Assembly: GCA_965285935.1 (NCBI GenBank)
Contig: OZ260666.1
Coordinates: 21,452,001-21,516,000 of the forward strand
DNA: 64,000 bases
Direction of reading: 5' to 3'
Source of the DNA: Ophelia neglecta
Lineage: Eukaryota
Positions 12,461 through 23,793 of the stretch are shown here, piece after piece (position 1 is the stretch's first letter; every line of letters begins with the position of its first letter). The position numbers and the translations under genes are program-made. Under the pieces are notes generated by a model, which saw nothing but the letters and a program-made list of their open reading frames with translations, was not told the DNA's origin and did no database searches.

Positions 12461-14762
12461 AGGGGAGGGGGAGGGGGAGGGTTGGATGGCTGACGCTTTT
12501 CAGCTTCTGAATCCGGAGCTCTTAGTACAGGAAGTGAGGGGGGAGGGGCATGACTCTCGATGCATGGAAGATCCTTGAAATCCAACCCACTTCCCCAATA
12601 AGTATTTACAATTAAGGTTTAAACTACAAAGTATGTGAGCGCGGGATTCCTTTTTAAAAAGTAATTTCTCCAGCGTCTTGTGCTCACCATTCACCGGAAG
12701 GGGGGTCTATATTCCAATGATTGTTTATCAAGGTCACAATGAGGGATATATGGAACAAGATATAGAACAAGACATATTACCTGAAAGGTAGGTAGGGCGG
12801 AGGTAGGGAAGGGGGGGGGGTAGGGGTTGCCGTGCATTAATATACACCATCTGCCATTGACCTGGTTGTATGAGCTTGCATGGTAGCATCATCACTAGAT
12901 TTTAGGATCATCTTAATATAATAAAAATTCAATACCACGTGACTGACCCCCATGCGTTCATATATATACCTCTTTTTCTTCTGAATACATTGGCCATACA
13001 CAGAGAAAACGATATGTAGACTTTAGTTGCTAGCCTATTTAAATCAGAGGAATCAATGGCTTTTATACTAATTCTTTTCTAAGACTCAAGTCTAAGACAA
13101 GAGCTTCCCATACTTCCTCATCTCTATGTTTTTCTACTTAACATTGCAATAAACGCAGCAGTTATAATCCTTGGTTGAAAGGACGATATAATAATATAAA
13201 TTCTCCTATAAGGATGGCGTACGTGCATGCTATCAGCTTAATGTTACCGCTAAAGGTCGGATTCCGAGCAGGACCTCGGCTTTTCCACGAGTCTAGGTTT
13301 TCACTGTCTCGAGATTGGGGAAAACGAAAGCACATGCATTCAAACAAGAGGCGGAAACAGGGAGGGAAGATGTTAGATGGGGTGATGAGGGTCCGGCGGG
13401 ATCGGTCGGGTTGTTATGTGGAGTAAACTATTTTCCCTATCAGGCCTCATAAGGAGGTAAACTTCTGGGCCATTCTGTCTCCATTTGCCCCCCCCCCCCC
13501 CCCGCAACAAATGCCTATATGCTTACAATGACTTTTGCGAGGAAATTGATACAACCACGTCGGGAAATTTTTATCGCTCATTGTTTGCTCCTCCCCCCTC
13601 CCAGCCCCCACCACCTTCCTGGCGTTAAATAATAAAAGTTCCCGAGAACCTCAGTCCGGGGTCCCTCAGTCCGGCCTCAGTCCGGGGTCCCTCAGTCCGG
13701 GAGTCTCTCAGTCCGGTGCTCTCTGAGTCCGGAGGTCTCAGTTCGGGGGTCCCTCAGTCCGGAGGTCTCTCAGTCCAAGAGGTCCCTCAGTCCGGGCTCC
13801 TTCATTCCGGTGGTCCCTCAGTCCGGGGGTCCCTCAGTCCGGGGGTCCCTCAATCCGGGGGTCTCTCAGTCCGGGCGCCTTCAGTCCGGTGGTTCCTCAG
13901 TTCAGCAGGGGTCTCTCAGTCCGGGCGCCTTCATTTCGGTGGTCCCTTAGTTCAGGAGTCTCTCAGTCCGGGTGTCCATCAGTCCGGGGAAAACTCATTT
14001 GGGGCTTTCTCATTCCAAGGAATTGAATAACGGGGGTTTTAAGTCCGGCGTCCCTCAGTCCGAGGGTTCTAATTCACAGTATTTTTAGTCCTTGGGTTTT
14101 CAGTCCGAGGCTCCCTCAGTCAGAGGGTTCTCAGTCCAGGAACTTCTAGTCTGGAGGTTTTCAGAACAGGGGCTCTCAGTCCGAGGGTTCTCAGTCAGGG
14201 GACTCTCAGCCCGGAGGTGTTTGTCCCGGGGGTCCCTCAGTCCGGGCTTCACTCAATTTGGGTTCTCAGTCCGGGGATTCTCAGCCTGGTAATTTTCAGT
14301 CTGCGCGTCCGTAAGTTCGGGTTTCTCCAATCGGGGGGTTCCACATCCTGGGGGTCCCTCAGTCACCAGGGTTCAGTCTTTACGTACCATATGGACTAAA
14401 ATAATCGGCAGGCGTTTATCAATTAAGGGGAGCTAAAAGCGTCTATTTTAGACCAGATTTCATTTTGGACACAGCGTTTATTATAGACCGATTTTGATAA
14501 TCTCACAATCCAGTCAACTATTATTGATCCGGCGCGTGTTATAGTTCGGCTTTTACTAAAGGCCATATTTGTCTCCATTTCACAATATGTAGATCTCGTG
14601 GCCTATAGGTGGGGAGTTGACTCCAAACAGTAATTTTTCATATGATAAAAGTACACCCGGTGATAGAATCAGGGTTTTGGTTCCTATTGGCGGCAAAGCA
14701 AAGTGATGTGAAATTATGAACTTATTATAGATCAAATTAATATTTGCAGGGAATTCATAACA

Positions 14763-16850
14763 ATGAAGGTTACGACGACAGACTACCTGGGGTTCCACGA
14801 GAGAATGTCTCGTCTGAGGGAGATGGAGATCGGTCTGGACGGAGTTATCTGTGCCAAGGATGGAGAAGTCAGGGTCCATCTACCATACATGGCCGCCTGT
14901 AACCAGACTCTGTTCAACCGTATTACTGGTCTCTTGAAACAGGACAAGAAAGAATTGGCTGTCAAAACCATGTCGGGTAAAGGTTTACAGCTCATTGTAG
15001 ATTATTGTTACTCTGGTGAGATTACGATCTCGGAAGATAACTTTGAGCACATCATTGACGCTGCTCTGGGTCTGGAATTCCTGGACATAGTGGAGGAGTG
15101 TTTAAACTTTGCCTTGAATACAGATGCTAATGCAAATATTTGGTGTCACTTCCTGCGAGCTGCTTTTAAACATCCTCGGTTAGTCCAACCAAAGGAATTT
15201 GTTCCTAATCTGATTTTGGATAATATTACTAAAGTTCCCAAGGAAGCAATCATTAAAGGATTGGACGCTGCCTTCATCGGGGAGATTCTAGAACATGGGA
15301 CATTGTCCGACAATAACAGGTGTTACGCAATGAATGTCTTTCTTGAGGTTATATTAGCAGAGACAGGTGAAATTACAAATTACAAAAATACTTTCGTTGC
15401 AATGCGAGATATTGCGCAACCAGGAGATGAACTGATCGTACCAAAAGAAGCCACTGGGACATCCATCATAGCATTGACAGAGTTGTCACTGGGAATAAAT
15501 TTTGTTGGCCTTATTAAAGCTTGTGTAGAAGGTTTGGTGAAAACATCCCCTACAGCTCAAGGTACTTCACTCGCCTTGAAGTGGGCCAAGCAGTATGCTG
15601 CGTCTGAGTCTGTGACGTATCTCAACCAGTTATGTCTACATGCCTTCAATAATCTGTCTCTGGACATTTCTGAGGATGAACTCTGCCTGATGCTGGACAG
15701 TGACTATTTAGGAACAATATCAGAAATGGATATTTTCAAAACTGTGGTGAAATGGATCAAACAAAACAACACAAGTGCTGAAACAAACCGTAGAATAGTC
15801 GGTCTGATCAGATTTGGGCTGATGACGAAAGAAGAAATGGAAGAAGTAATATTAGAGCACACTTTACAAGGTTGTGGGGATATATATGTATCTGCCATGA
15901 AGTACCATTTAAGGCCAAATGACCCACGACTAGCTGAGGGAAACATTAACAAACTACGACTGAAGAATTCAACCATTTACATCATGGGGGGGAAAGATTC
16001 ATTTAATAATTATATAAACAAAGTTGTGGCGTCAGAGGTTACACATTTAAAAGGCAACGTATCCCTGTCACATTTTACTGACGTCTGTGAAACCCCGTTT
16101 GCCATTTACAAAAGTGCTTGTGCTACTATGGATGGACTTATATTTGTTTCTGGTGGTGAAAACGAATCTGGCTGTGTTGCAACGATGTTCCGGCTTGACT
16201 CGCGTTCAAACGCATGGTTGGAACTACAAGACATGCGACAGATACGACATTCCCACACTTTGACAACTGTTGATGATTCCCTTTTCGCTGTTGGTGGATC
16301 GGTCGACAAAACCCATTTAGTCTGTGTGGAGAAATATGACGTGCGAAAAAACAAATGGTCACCTATGGCGCCACTGCCACGAGCACGAAGTCAGCATGCT
16401 GCGTCTTATGAAGACGGAGTTCTGTACATCAGTGGAGGTAGTCATTCTAAGACACTGTATAGCTACCATGACAGCGTTTGGATTGAAAAGTCTCCAATGT
16501 TACAAGTACGTCAGACACATGCCATGACTAGTGTGGTGGGTATGCTGATAGTTTCTAGTGGAGCTGTGTTCGTGGATGGTCAATGGAATGATGTGATGTC
16601 AACAGAGTGCTATGATATAATACAAGATCAATGGACGGAACTCTCGCCTCCTAAGTTTGCTTGCGGTTTGGGTTGCTCAGTCAGGATTAATAACTGGTTT
16701 TATATCATCGGGGGTTTTAGTCAAAATGACAAAGTCAGGCTGGATTGTATACAAAGATATAACATCGAGGCCAATGAATGGGAAATGTGTGAGAACAGGC
16801 TACCACACAAAATGTGTTTTATGGTCGCAGCATGTATTAATAATAGTTGA
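14763..16850 (+). CDS. BTB-BACK-Kelch (KLHL-like) protein copy 2, 695 aa, intronless CDS
   Basis: BTB motifs (VHLPYMAAC..LF; LQLIVDYCYSGEI; IDAALGLEF..VEEC), BACK motifs (LCLMLDSDYL..E.DIFK.VVKWI; IRFGLM) and six Kelch repeats (GG..Y/F..W). Confidence 0.95.
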   Translation: MKVTTTDYLGFHERMSRLREMEIGLDGVICAKDGEVRVHLPYMAACNQTLFNRITGLLKQDKKELAVKTMSGKGLQLIVDYCYSGEITISEDNFEHIIDAALGLEFLDIVEECLNFALNTDANANIWCHFLRAAFKHPRLVQPKEFVPNLILDNITKVPKEAIIKGLDAAFIGEILEHGTLSDNNRCYAMNVFLEVILAETGEITNYKNTFVAMRDIAQPGDELIVPKEATGTSIIALTELSLGINFVGLIKACVEGLVKTSPTAQGTSLALKWAKQYAASESVTYLNQLCLHAFNNLSLDISEDELCLMLDSDYLGTISEMDIFKTVVKWIKQNNTSAETNRRIVGLIRFGLMTKEEMEEVILEHTLQGCGDIYVSAMKYHLRPNDPRLAEGNINKLRLKNSTIYIMGGKDSFNNYINKVVASEVTHLKGNVSLSHFTDVCETPFAIYKSACATMDGLIFVSGGENESGCVATMFRLDSRSNAWLELQDMRQIRHSHTLTTVDDSLFAVGGSVDKTHLVCVEKYDVRKNKWSPMAPLPRARSQHAASYEDGVLYISGGSHSKTLYSYHDSVWIEKSPMLQVRQTHAMTSVVGMLIVSSGAVFVDGQWNDVMSTECYDIIQDQWTELSPPKFACGLGCSVRINNWFYIIGGFSQNDKVRLDCIQRYNIEANEWEMCENRLPHKMCFMVAACINNS

Positions 16851-17544
16851 CGTATTATAGAAATATCCTGAACACTATGTGCAAGAATGCAACTATAAGT
16901 TCAAATCCAGTTTATTTACTATGAAATGCGATTAAGTCTGCTCGATGTACATAAGATAAGGTTGAATTATTTATTCAGGTGAAAAATTATTTCCAGGTAT
17001 TTTGTACATAAACCCATGTTGTTAATAACACAGACGGCATTGTGGTCTGTCTTGGAGAGCCGGGATGGTGATTCGATTTAAATATTTGTTTTGCATTTCT
17101 TCAGTCAATAACATAGGTTTTTGTTTAAGATTTAAGTTTAATTAATAAACGTGGGCAAAAGAGTTATCTGTACTTGTAATTTACTGATTTTTAGTTTCCA
17201 AACTTCGAGATCTTCACATGCTATTTTTCCTAGTAATAGACTCAACTGGTGACATTCATCGATGCCTTAGTATATTGTTTATTCATATAACTTGCACTTT
17301 TATATGTACTCAATTATCTTGATAATTTCATTAAAGCTTGATATTAATACATTTTGATTTTGCAGTAGATATTGTCATACTTAAAGAAATACTTGCGTTT
17401 TTCGATATTTGTACATCAACATATATAGTCATGATAACAGTTTTTAGCTTTATACATTCGATTTCCATGATATTTAATCTTCAAAAACTTCTTTGACTAT
17501 ATTGGATGACAATTTGGAAGACTATTCCCCAATAGTATATTATT

Positions 17545-18535
17545 TCCGTCACTTACTTGAGTACAGTATGCGTTTTGCGCCAATCATTTTCGGAAAAATG
17601 GGGGGGATATGCATTCGGCCTCGAGGTTGTCCTGTAGTCCCCACGCCGCCCCACATCCCCCCGCCTCGCCAACGCCCCGCCGCCCCCGCCGACCCCGCCA
17701 CCCACCGGATTAATTTGTTTTTGCTGTAATTAAGCAAAGCCTGAACGCCCTGAAACGGGCTGGGGAATTTTTCGGGAATACTGTTCATAAACTACTACTG
17801 CCGAAGTTACGAACTGTATTTCACCAGTTACACGTTTTAGAAAAAAAAGTATGATAGATATGGCGCCGAAATTGGCAGGGAAGAAGCGCCTATGCCTGGC
17901 CATTCACTGATTTACCCTGGGGTGAAATAGGAAATAGTTAATGACTTGCCAACGGATTTAGAAAATGAAAGTCAAGCTTCTTTAATACGGCAGTAAGGCC
18001 TATATTTACTCTGGGAAGGGTTTGTCATATTTGACATTGACCCACATTTTAAGGTCAAATTGATAAAATCATAATTTCAGACTTTATTTTAGCAGTAGTA
18101 CCTAGAGGTACATTGGACACCTATAAAGAACAAAATTATTCGCATTTTATCGCGTTCTCTTGTTTACTTTGGGGTTCATTTTCACGGTCCATTTACCAAA
18201 GTGATGGTATTCAGCCTTTATGTCCGCAGTTAGAGTCTAGAAGTATATTGAGAACTTATAGGAAGCGACATTTTTCGAATATTATCGAGTTCTCAGATTT
18301 GAACTTAGGTTTCATTAACAATGTCAAATTACAGACAATGATGATTACAGCCTTTATTTTAGCAGTTAGAGTATAAAAGTATGTTGGGAACCTATAGGAA
18401 ACACACTTTCGCATCTTCGCGAGTTCTCCGCTTTGATCTTGGCGTCCATTTCCAAGGTCAAATTACCGGAATGATGATTTCCGCCATTTTCTTAGCAGCA
18501 AAAGTCTAGCACTACATTGAGAACCTATACATTAA
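17545..18535. repeat. Interspersed-repeat-like block with GC-rich head and ~135-bp degenerate internal tandem units; also ~30845-31830 and ~43525-44435
   Basis: (tta/cc)gcagt..tctag..gaacctata and tgacc..aaggtcaa motifs recur near 18088, 18226, 18359 and 18492. Confidence 0.55.
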
Positions 18536-18585
18536 CGTTGGTGGATCCCTGGGTAAAGTAATCAGAACACAAAGCCTAAGTGTCC

Positions 18586-19422
18586 TGTTACGCTGTGGCA
18601 TTTTTACCCATTAGAATCTTCTCGCACTATTAAACGGTTGTAAGAAACCATGCGGAGCCCGCTGTTTATTTGGACTAATGTTCAGGTGTCGCACTGACAA
18701 GCGCCGGCCTCCTTGAGTGAATAGTCGAATGAACTCTGAAGGTGCTGGTGAATCCTGTATTGTGCTAAGGACTCTGTGTGTTCCTCTGACAAGTTGTGCG
18801 GATAAGCTCGGAGCTATTGCGGCCCTATATAATTGTTGTCGCCACTATTCTCTTGGCCAGTCGTTATGCAGAGAACCTTGATAGTGTGCCGTTCCTGACG
18901 TGTTCCTGACCGTGTATCCAGATCTCCGGGGGCTGTTTTGTCTCGACTCGTTACTGGCCCGGGTCGAGCCCTTACCCCCAATAACCAAGCTATCAAGTCT
19001 CTGTGCTTCCTGTGAACTTCGCTGTCCTGAACCGCTGCTGCCTATGGTCGTCCACCGGTCTGCACCTCAAGCTAAGAGAAACTCCGTCGGCATTCAGTGA
19101 GTCCAAACATCTTCGCTCCGTCGACTACCCAGAACCTGCCTTGACTCCATTGACTACCTCGTAGCTACCTTCACTTCGTCGCCAACTTCGCACTTACCTT
19201 CACTTCGTCGCCAAGGACCATCAAGACGCTGTATACCTGGTATTATAAACTGTTATGTATATTGTATGTAGATGTGGTGTATATATATATTGGAGTAGTA
19301 ATTAAAGGTTTATTTAATTGTACTTCCTGTCAGAGTCTTACTTGCTGCCAAGTCGTCTAAATTTGGACGTATGGGGGTTTGTCAGACATTTAACCATGAA
19401 TGGCCTTCACCCGTACGTAACA
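18586..19422 (+). mobile_element. Solo LTR (837 bp) of an LTR retrotransposon, unit-2 specific
   Basis: Termini TGTTACG...CGTAACA, flanked by 4-bp direct repeat GTCC (18582-85, 19423-26). Empty site cctaagtgtcctttgc is present in unit 4 (~44480). Internal TATA-like (~18825) and ATTAAA (~19301). Confidence 0.9.
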
Positions 19423-19799
19423 GTCCTTTGCTAAAACCACGCAAAGACGCACATGATATTACAGAGACCACACGTCTCGACGTACACACCTCGTATGCTG
19501 GGAAATTGGGAACTGCTGGCCCTAACTCTGGGCGGGTAGGGGGAGCCCCCAGTTCGGGGGGCACTCAGTCCGGGGTCCCTGACCCTAGGGGGCTCCTAGT
19601 CTGCGTGGGTCGTGGGGCATACAATACAGGTCATAAACATAAACTAGGCTTATTGAAGTTATAACCTGTTATCTTTAATACCGGACTGTTCTGATGTTTA
19701 TTTGTTAGATTGTTCCTCTCCCTCTCTAGTTTCCTCTTCAGTTACATGTATTGATCGTGTGTAGCAAAAAACTCAGTGGCTACTTGAAGGACAACATAC

Positions 19800-19980
19800 C
19801 TAAGTACGAACATTAAGATGGAATGTAATTTTATTCCCGAGATCGGCTCAGTGGGTAATTTAGTAGGGTCTTTTGCTTGTGCGGTAAGCTTTGTATAACC
19901 TTGCTGGGTTCCTTTAAATGCTGCCACAGTTAGGCTACTCGGTGAACAGAAAGGCTCGATCTCAGTGAATGTATCTGGTT
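19800..19980 (-). pseudogene. Cadherin-like exon relic (also at ~33664-33844)
   Basis: tttttgtag| ... |gtatgt boundaries. Translation EPFCSPSSLTVAAFKGTQQGYTKLTAQAKDP resembles cadherin PxFxxxxyxxxvxExxxxGtxvxxvxAxDxD. Confidence 0.5.
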
Positions 19981-22900
19981 CTACAAAAATGATATCGAAT
20001 GGCCAAGAGCATTAAACCCTTTCCCTTGGTGACCTGCAAGAGTGCAAGTCATACGACATTCGCTCTTGGCATTTTACTTCTATTCCTATCAGTGTCTTTC
20101 GGGTGCTGCTCGAGGTGTAGACTCGGATATCCAACGCAAACTAACGGACTAGTGGCGCTTGTATCTGCATTGCTTTAACGATGGCCAACTTCGCTTTTAA
20201 GATATTATTGAAATCCTGTTTAAAATCCCCATATTTCTGCGACAGGTAAACTGGGCCTTCTACTAAGGCATAGCCGCGTGTTATTTCTTTGGCTCGCTAG
20301 TAGCATTTTTCGAAGCGCCATTCTTGCTACACGGTGAGTGTAGTAGCCCCACATACGGTTACGAAAGCAAAAATATTCCACTCTGCTTTAAAGTGATTAA
20401 TAAGCGGTAGCAAAAGATGCAGCAACGGAAATTACTAAGTAAAACAAATCGGTATTTTCGAGGTAATGTACGTAAAACTGTTGTGCAACAAAGCAAAAAT
20501 TACTAAGAACTTTATTTTATTTGCTAACTTAAAAAAATAAAGTTATTATATATTTTTCAAATGATGTTGAAATATTACACAATCTTTGGTTTCATAAGAC
20601 AAACTCCGAACAAATACGGATTTTGTAAAGTTCAACAGTAAATACATAAGTTTAGGTTGTGCTCACCAGAAATACTAGATTAGATGGCTACTAATAAGTG
20701 TGTAAAATGACAACACAGTTTGGGCTTGTAAAGGGGTCGTAGTTCTTGCTACACGGTGGGTGTAGTAGCCACACCTACGTTTTGATTTTAATAGTATTAC
20801 CGCCATCGCCAGCAACTCTCTGGAGAATTGCATTCTGTGATGTTACCCAACCGATATGTAGTTTGATAAACCTATGATATTAAACTGGGTTAAATTTAGA
20901 TAACTTTGGAAATATTTCTTCTCACACTCCCGAGCTATTACTGCGGTATTCTGCACTAGCACACAGCGAATCTTTTTTAGTAAACTTTTATGTCATGAAT
21001 GTTTTTATTTGTTGTGATAATTCTTGTTTAAGTGAACGGCTTTAAGGAGTGCATTATTACATTAAAATATACCAACGTGCATGTCGTTATTTGCTCTTAG
21101 ACCCGGATAAATGTCATAAGCTAATATAATACCGATTAAATAGGTCGTAAGTGGTAAATAAAAGAGGAAATCTAAACGAACGAAGTGACAAATGGTTGAA
21201 GCAAAACATGTGTGTGTTTGTGTGTGTATATCTTTACTGTGGTGCTGGATCGTGATGTAAATGTAGATTCCCAAAGGGCAAATGAATGGACCTAGACTGT
21301 TTGCTTACAACACCGATATAAAATTTTCTCTGTTACATTTTATTCTGTGAAGCAGCTAATTTGCCATAGGCATGGCAATAAAAAGGGATTCAATGCATAA
21401 TTTACCTTTGAATTGAAATGTGTGATGTTTTATGTATATTTACATAAGCCAAGTGTATTATTCAACCAGGTAAGTCGCGGTATTTGTTATTTACTTTGTG
21501 ACATGTAGAGATAGTGTCGTATACCAATGAATGAAAGAGCACCATGGATAGAGTCGTTCAGATTCTGGAGAGAGGTCCTTTAGACACTCGTGGTTTGATA
21601 TAAAAACTGAACAGCTTGTTATTATACATGACACGCTCCATCATATATGACTAACGGACATAACATTGTTTTCGCATATTCCTTCAAAAAAAAAAACTAC
21701 ACATCGATTAAAACTACCTTGACTATTAATAAAACTACCTTCTATGGCATACTGGCCCTTAATATTGCTTCCAAACTAAAAATCGGCAAATAACAAAATG
21801 TGACATATGGGCATTGACAATTGACAATTGAGAATTGAGATTATTCTAGTAAGTGTTTCTACTATTATTGTAACTTGCTATTGCTATATCAGTATGTTCC
21901 GAGTCTGGCAGACATTGAGAAGTGTCATTATTAGAGGGAAAATTTAAATATTTCCCCTGAGAGAGGCTTAAAATATAATCTGATGATTGAAAAACGCATC
22001 TATTATTGGTGAACATAGCATGTTGCCTATAATATGTATCGGTGCTGTTCTGCTTCTCAAGCCTTGCATGTATAAACTTTCCCACATTATTTAGAGCTGA
22101 ATTCAATCATGCGTGGACCATTCCAATAGTGTTGTAAAAGAATGTATATTGTGCCTAGTAATCTTCACTCTGGCATTCCAGGAGCTCGTAATCCAAGTTG
22201 GGGGCCAGGGGGGGGGGGGGGGCGTAATCCGGGGCGATCTAATTACTGTGGCGAGCTCTCCCATCAGTCCGGGATCCACTCCCAAGGTCTTCCAGCAGTC
22301 CGGTGGTCTCGTGACCTTGACTTCCTTAGTCTAGGGGTTCCTCTGCCCGGAGGACTATCAGTCCAGACCTATCTCAGTGGGGGCTCGCACTCCGGTGGTT
22401 TTCAGGTATGGGGTTACCTCCGTCCGGCGACCCCTTTGTCCGGGGTCTCTCTGTCAGGGGTTCTATCATTCCGGGGGTCTGTATGTTAGTTCTCAGTTCG
22501 GGAGTCTCTCAGTCAGGGGGTCCCTCAACCGGGGTCCATATTATCCCATTTCTCCGGCTATCACGCAGCACTGCCAAATGTTTCTTCGAAGGAAATAGAC
22601 GATGTGGTAACAAAGCACATGCTTACTCCTTAATAGCAAGAGGACACACTCACTAACAGCATTGAGTTAATTCCTTAGTGGCCTCTAAGGCATGGGACTC
22701 TCAGTCCTGTGGTGGAGGGGATGGAGAGTCTTAGTCGGGAAGGGGGGGGGGGGGCACGCCGTCCGAGAACAAGAAAGAGGTGGAGGGGGGGGGGGTTATC
22801 AGGGAGCTACTTTTCGTTTTACACCTGGTCACGTAGTAATTAACCAGGCATCTGATTACCAAATATGTTACATGTTAAAATGTTCTTAATTAAAATAACC

Positions 22901-23629
22901 TGACATATTAAGCTATTGTTACAATGATTTATTATAACTAATCTGTGGCTTTAACTTAGTTGTCAGTGCACGCGTACATTTAGACCCGCCAACTAAGTAT
23001 TTTTCAGCAAGTTACACGCGGCAAAGCACAAAAAACCTTAGCATGCTTGTTTATTTAACAAATATAATATGCAGATAACCTTTCAAGTTTGTGAGTAATG
23101 GAATTTACCTGAATCTCGGCATTCAGTTTATGACATGCTACTACCTGGCAACGACGGGTACACAGTCATAAAGTTAAAGTAGGTCCCCTCTTATAACATT
23201 GACTTGTACATGTAGCGTCTCACTCAAAATAGAGTGTTTGTCCGATGTAATTACGCCATTCCTTAACACATTGGGAATTCTTTGTAAATCAGGTAAGTTA
23301 CAATTCGTGTATTTTCCCGACAAATCTGTTTTCTATATGTACCATTAGCTGACCCATGTAGCGAGGTCATGGATCCATCAATCAGACAGTGGATTCCTCA
23401 ACCCGGGGACTTTCAGTCCAGAAGTCTTTAAGTGTCCCCACCATCCTAATTCCGACTCTCAGTTCGGGTGTCACTCAGTTAAGGGGCCTGTTGAATAACT
23501 CTTTTAGTATTTAACGCTATCTTGACGGCTAACTTTTGACGAGTAAGATAATTGGGTTACCTAAACCTAGTAGTTTAAAACCCAACCATTTTAATCGGTT
23601 AAATTCCAATCCTACCTAATGTCAACATA

Positions 23630-23793
23630 CAGTAAAACCCGTGAATTGAGACCACACAAGGGAAACAAGGAAATACTGGTCTGATAAAAGAGGTGATCTG
23701 TTTATACAAGTTATTTTACAATGATAGCGAACGGTATGGTATTTATATTACTGGTCTGAATTGACAAGTGGTCTTAATATCGAGGTTTCACTT
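23630..23793. mobile_element. Tc1/mariner-pogo-type MITE
   Basis: ta|cagtaaaacc..gagaccac ... gtggtctta..ggtttcactt|ta imperfect TIRs with TA flanks. Confidence 0.55.

Larger units (their letters stand above)
4330..13310 (-). pseudogene. Decayed multi-exon gene with cadherin-repeat-like motifs, antisense to the KLHL genes; repeated in units 2 and 3 and partly at 52310-52470 and 58750-59540
   Basis: Minus-strand segments, several bounded by ag/gt, translate to cadherin-like motifs: GPARNPTFSGNIKLIACTYAILIGEFIL (~13300-13190), SCSQNVNIQVYVEGPNTGSP (~10465-10400), GVITSDKHSILNKTLHVQV (~7760-7700). Stops and frameshifts are present. Confidence 0.5.
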
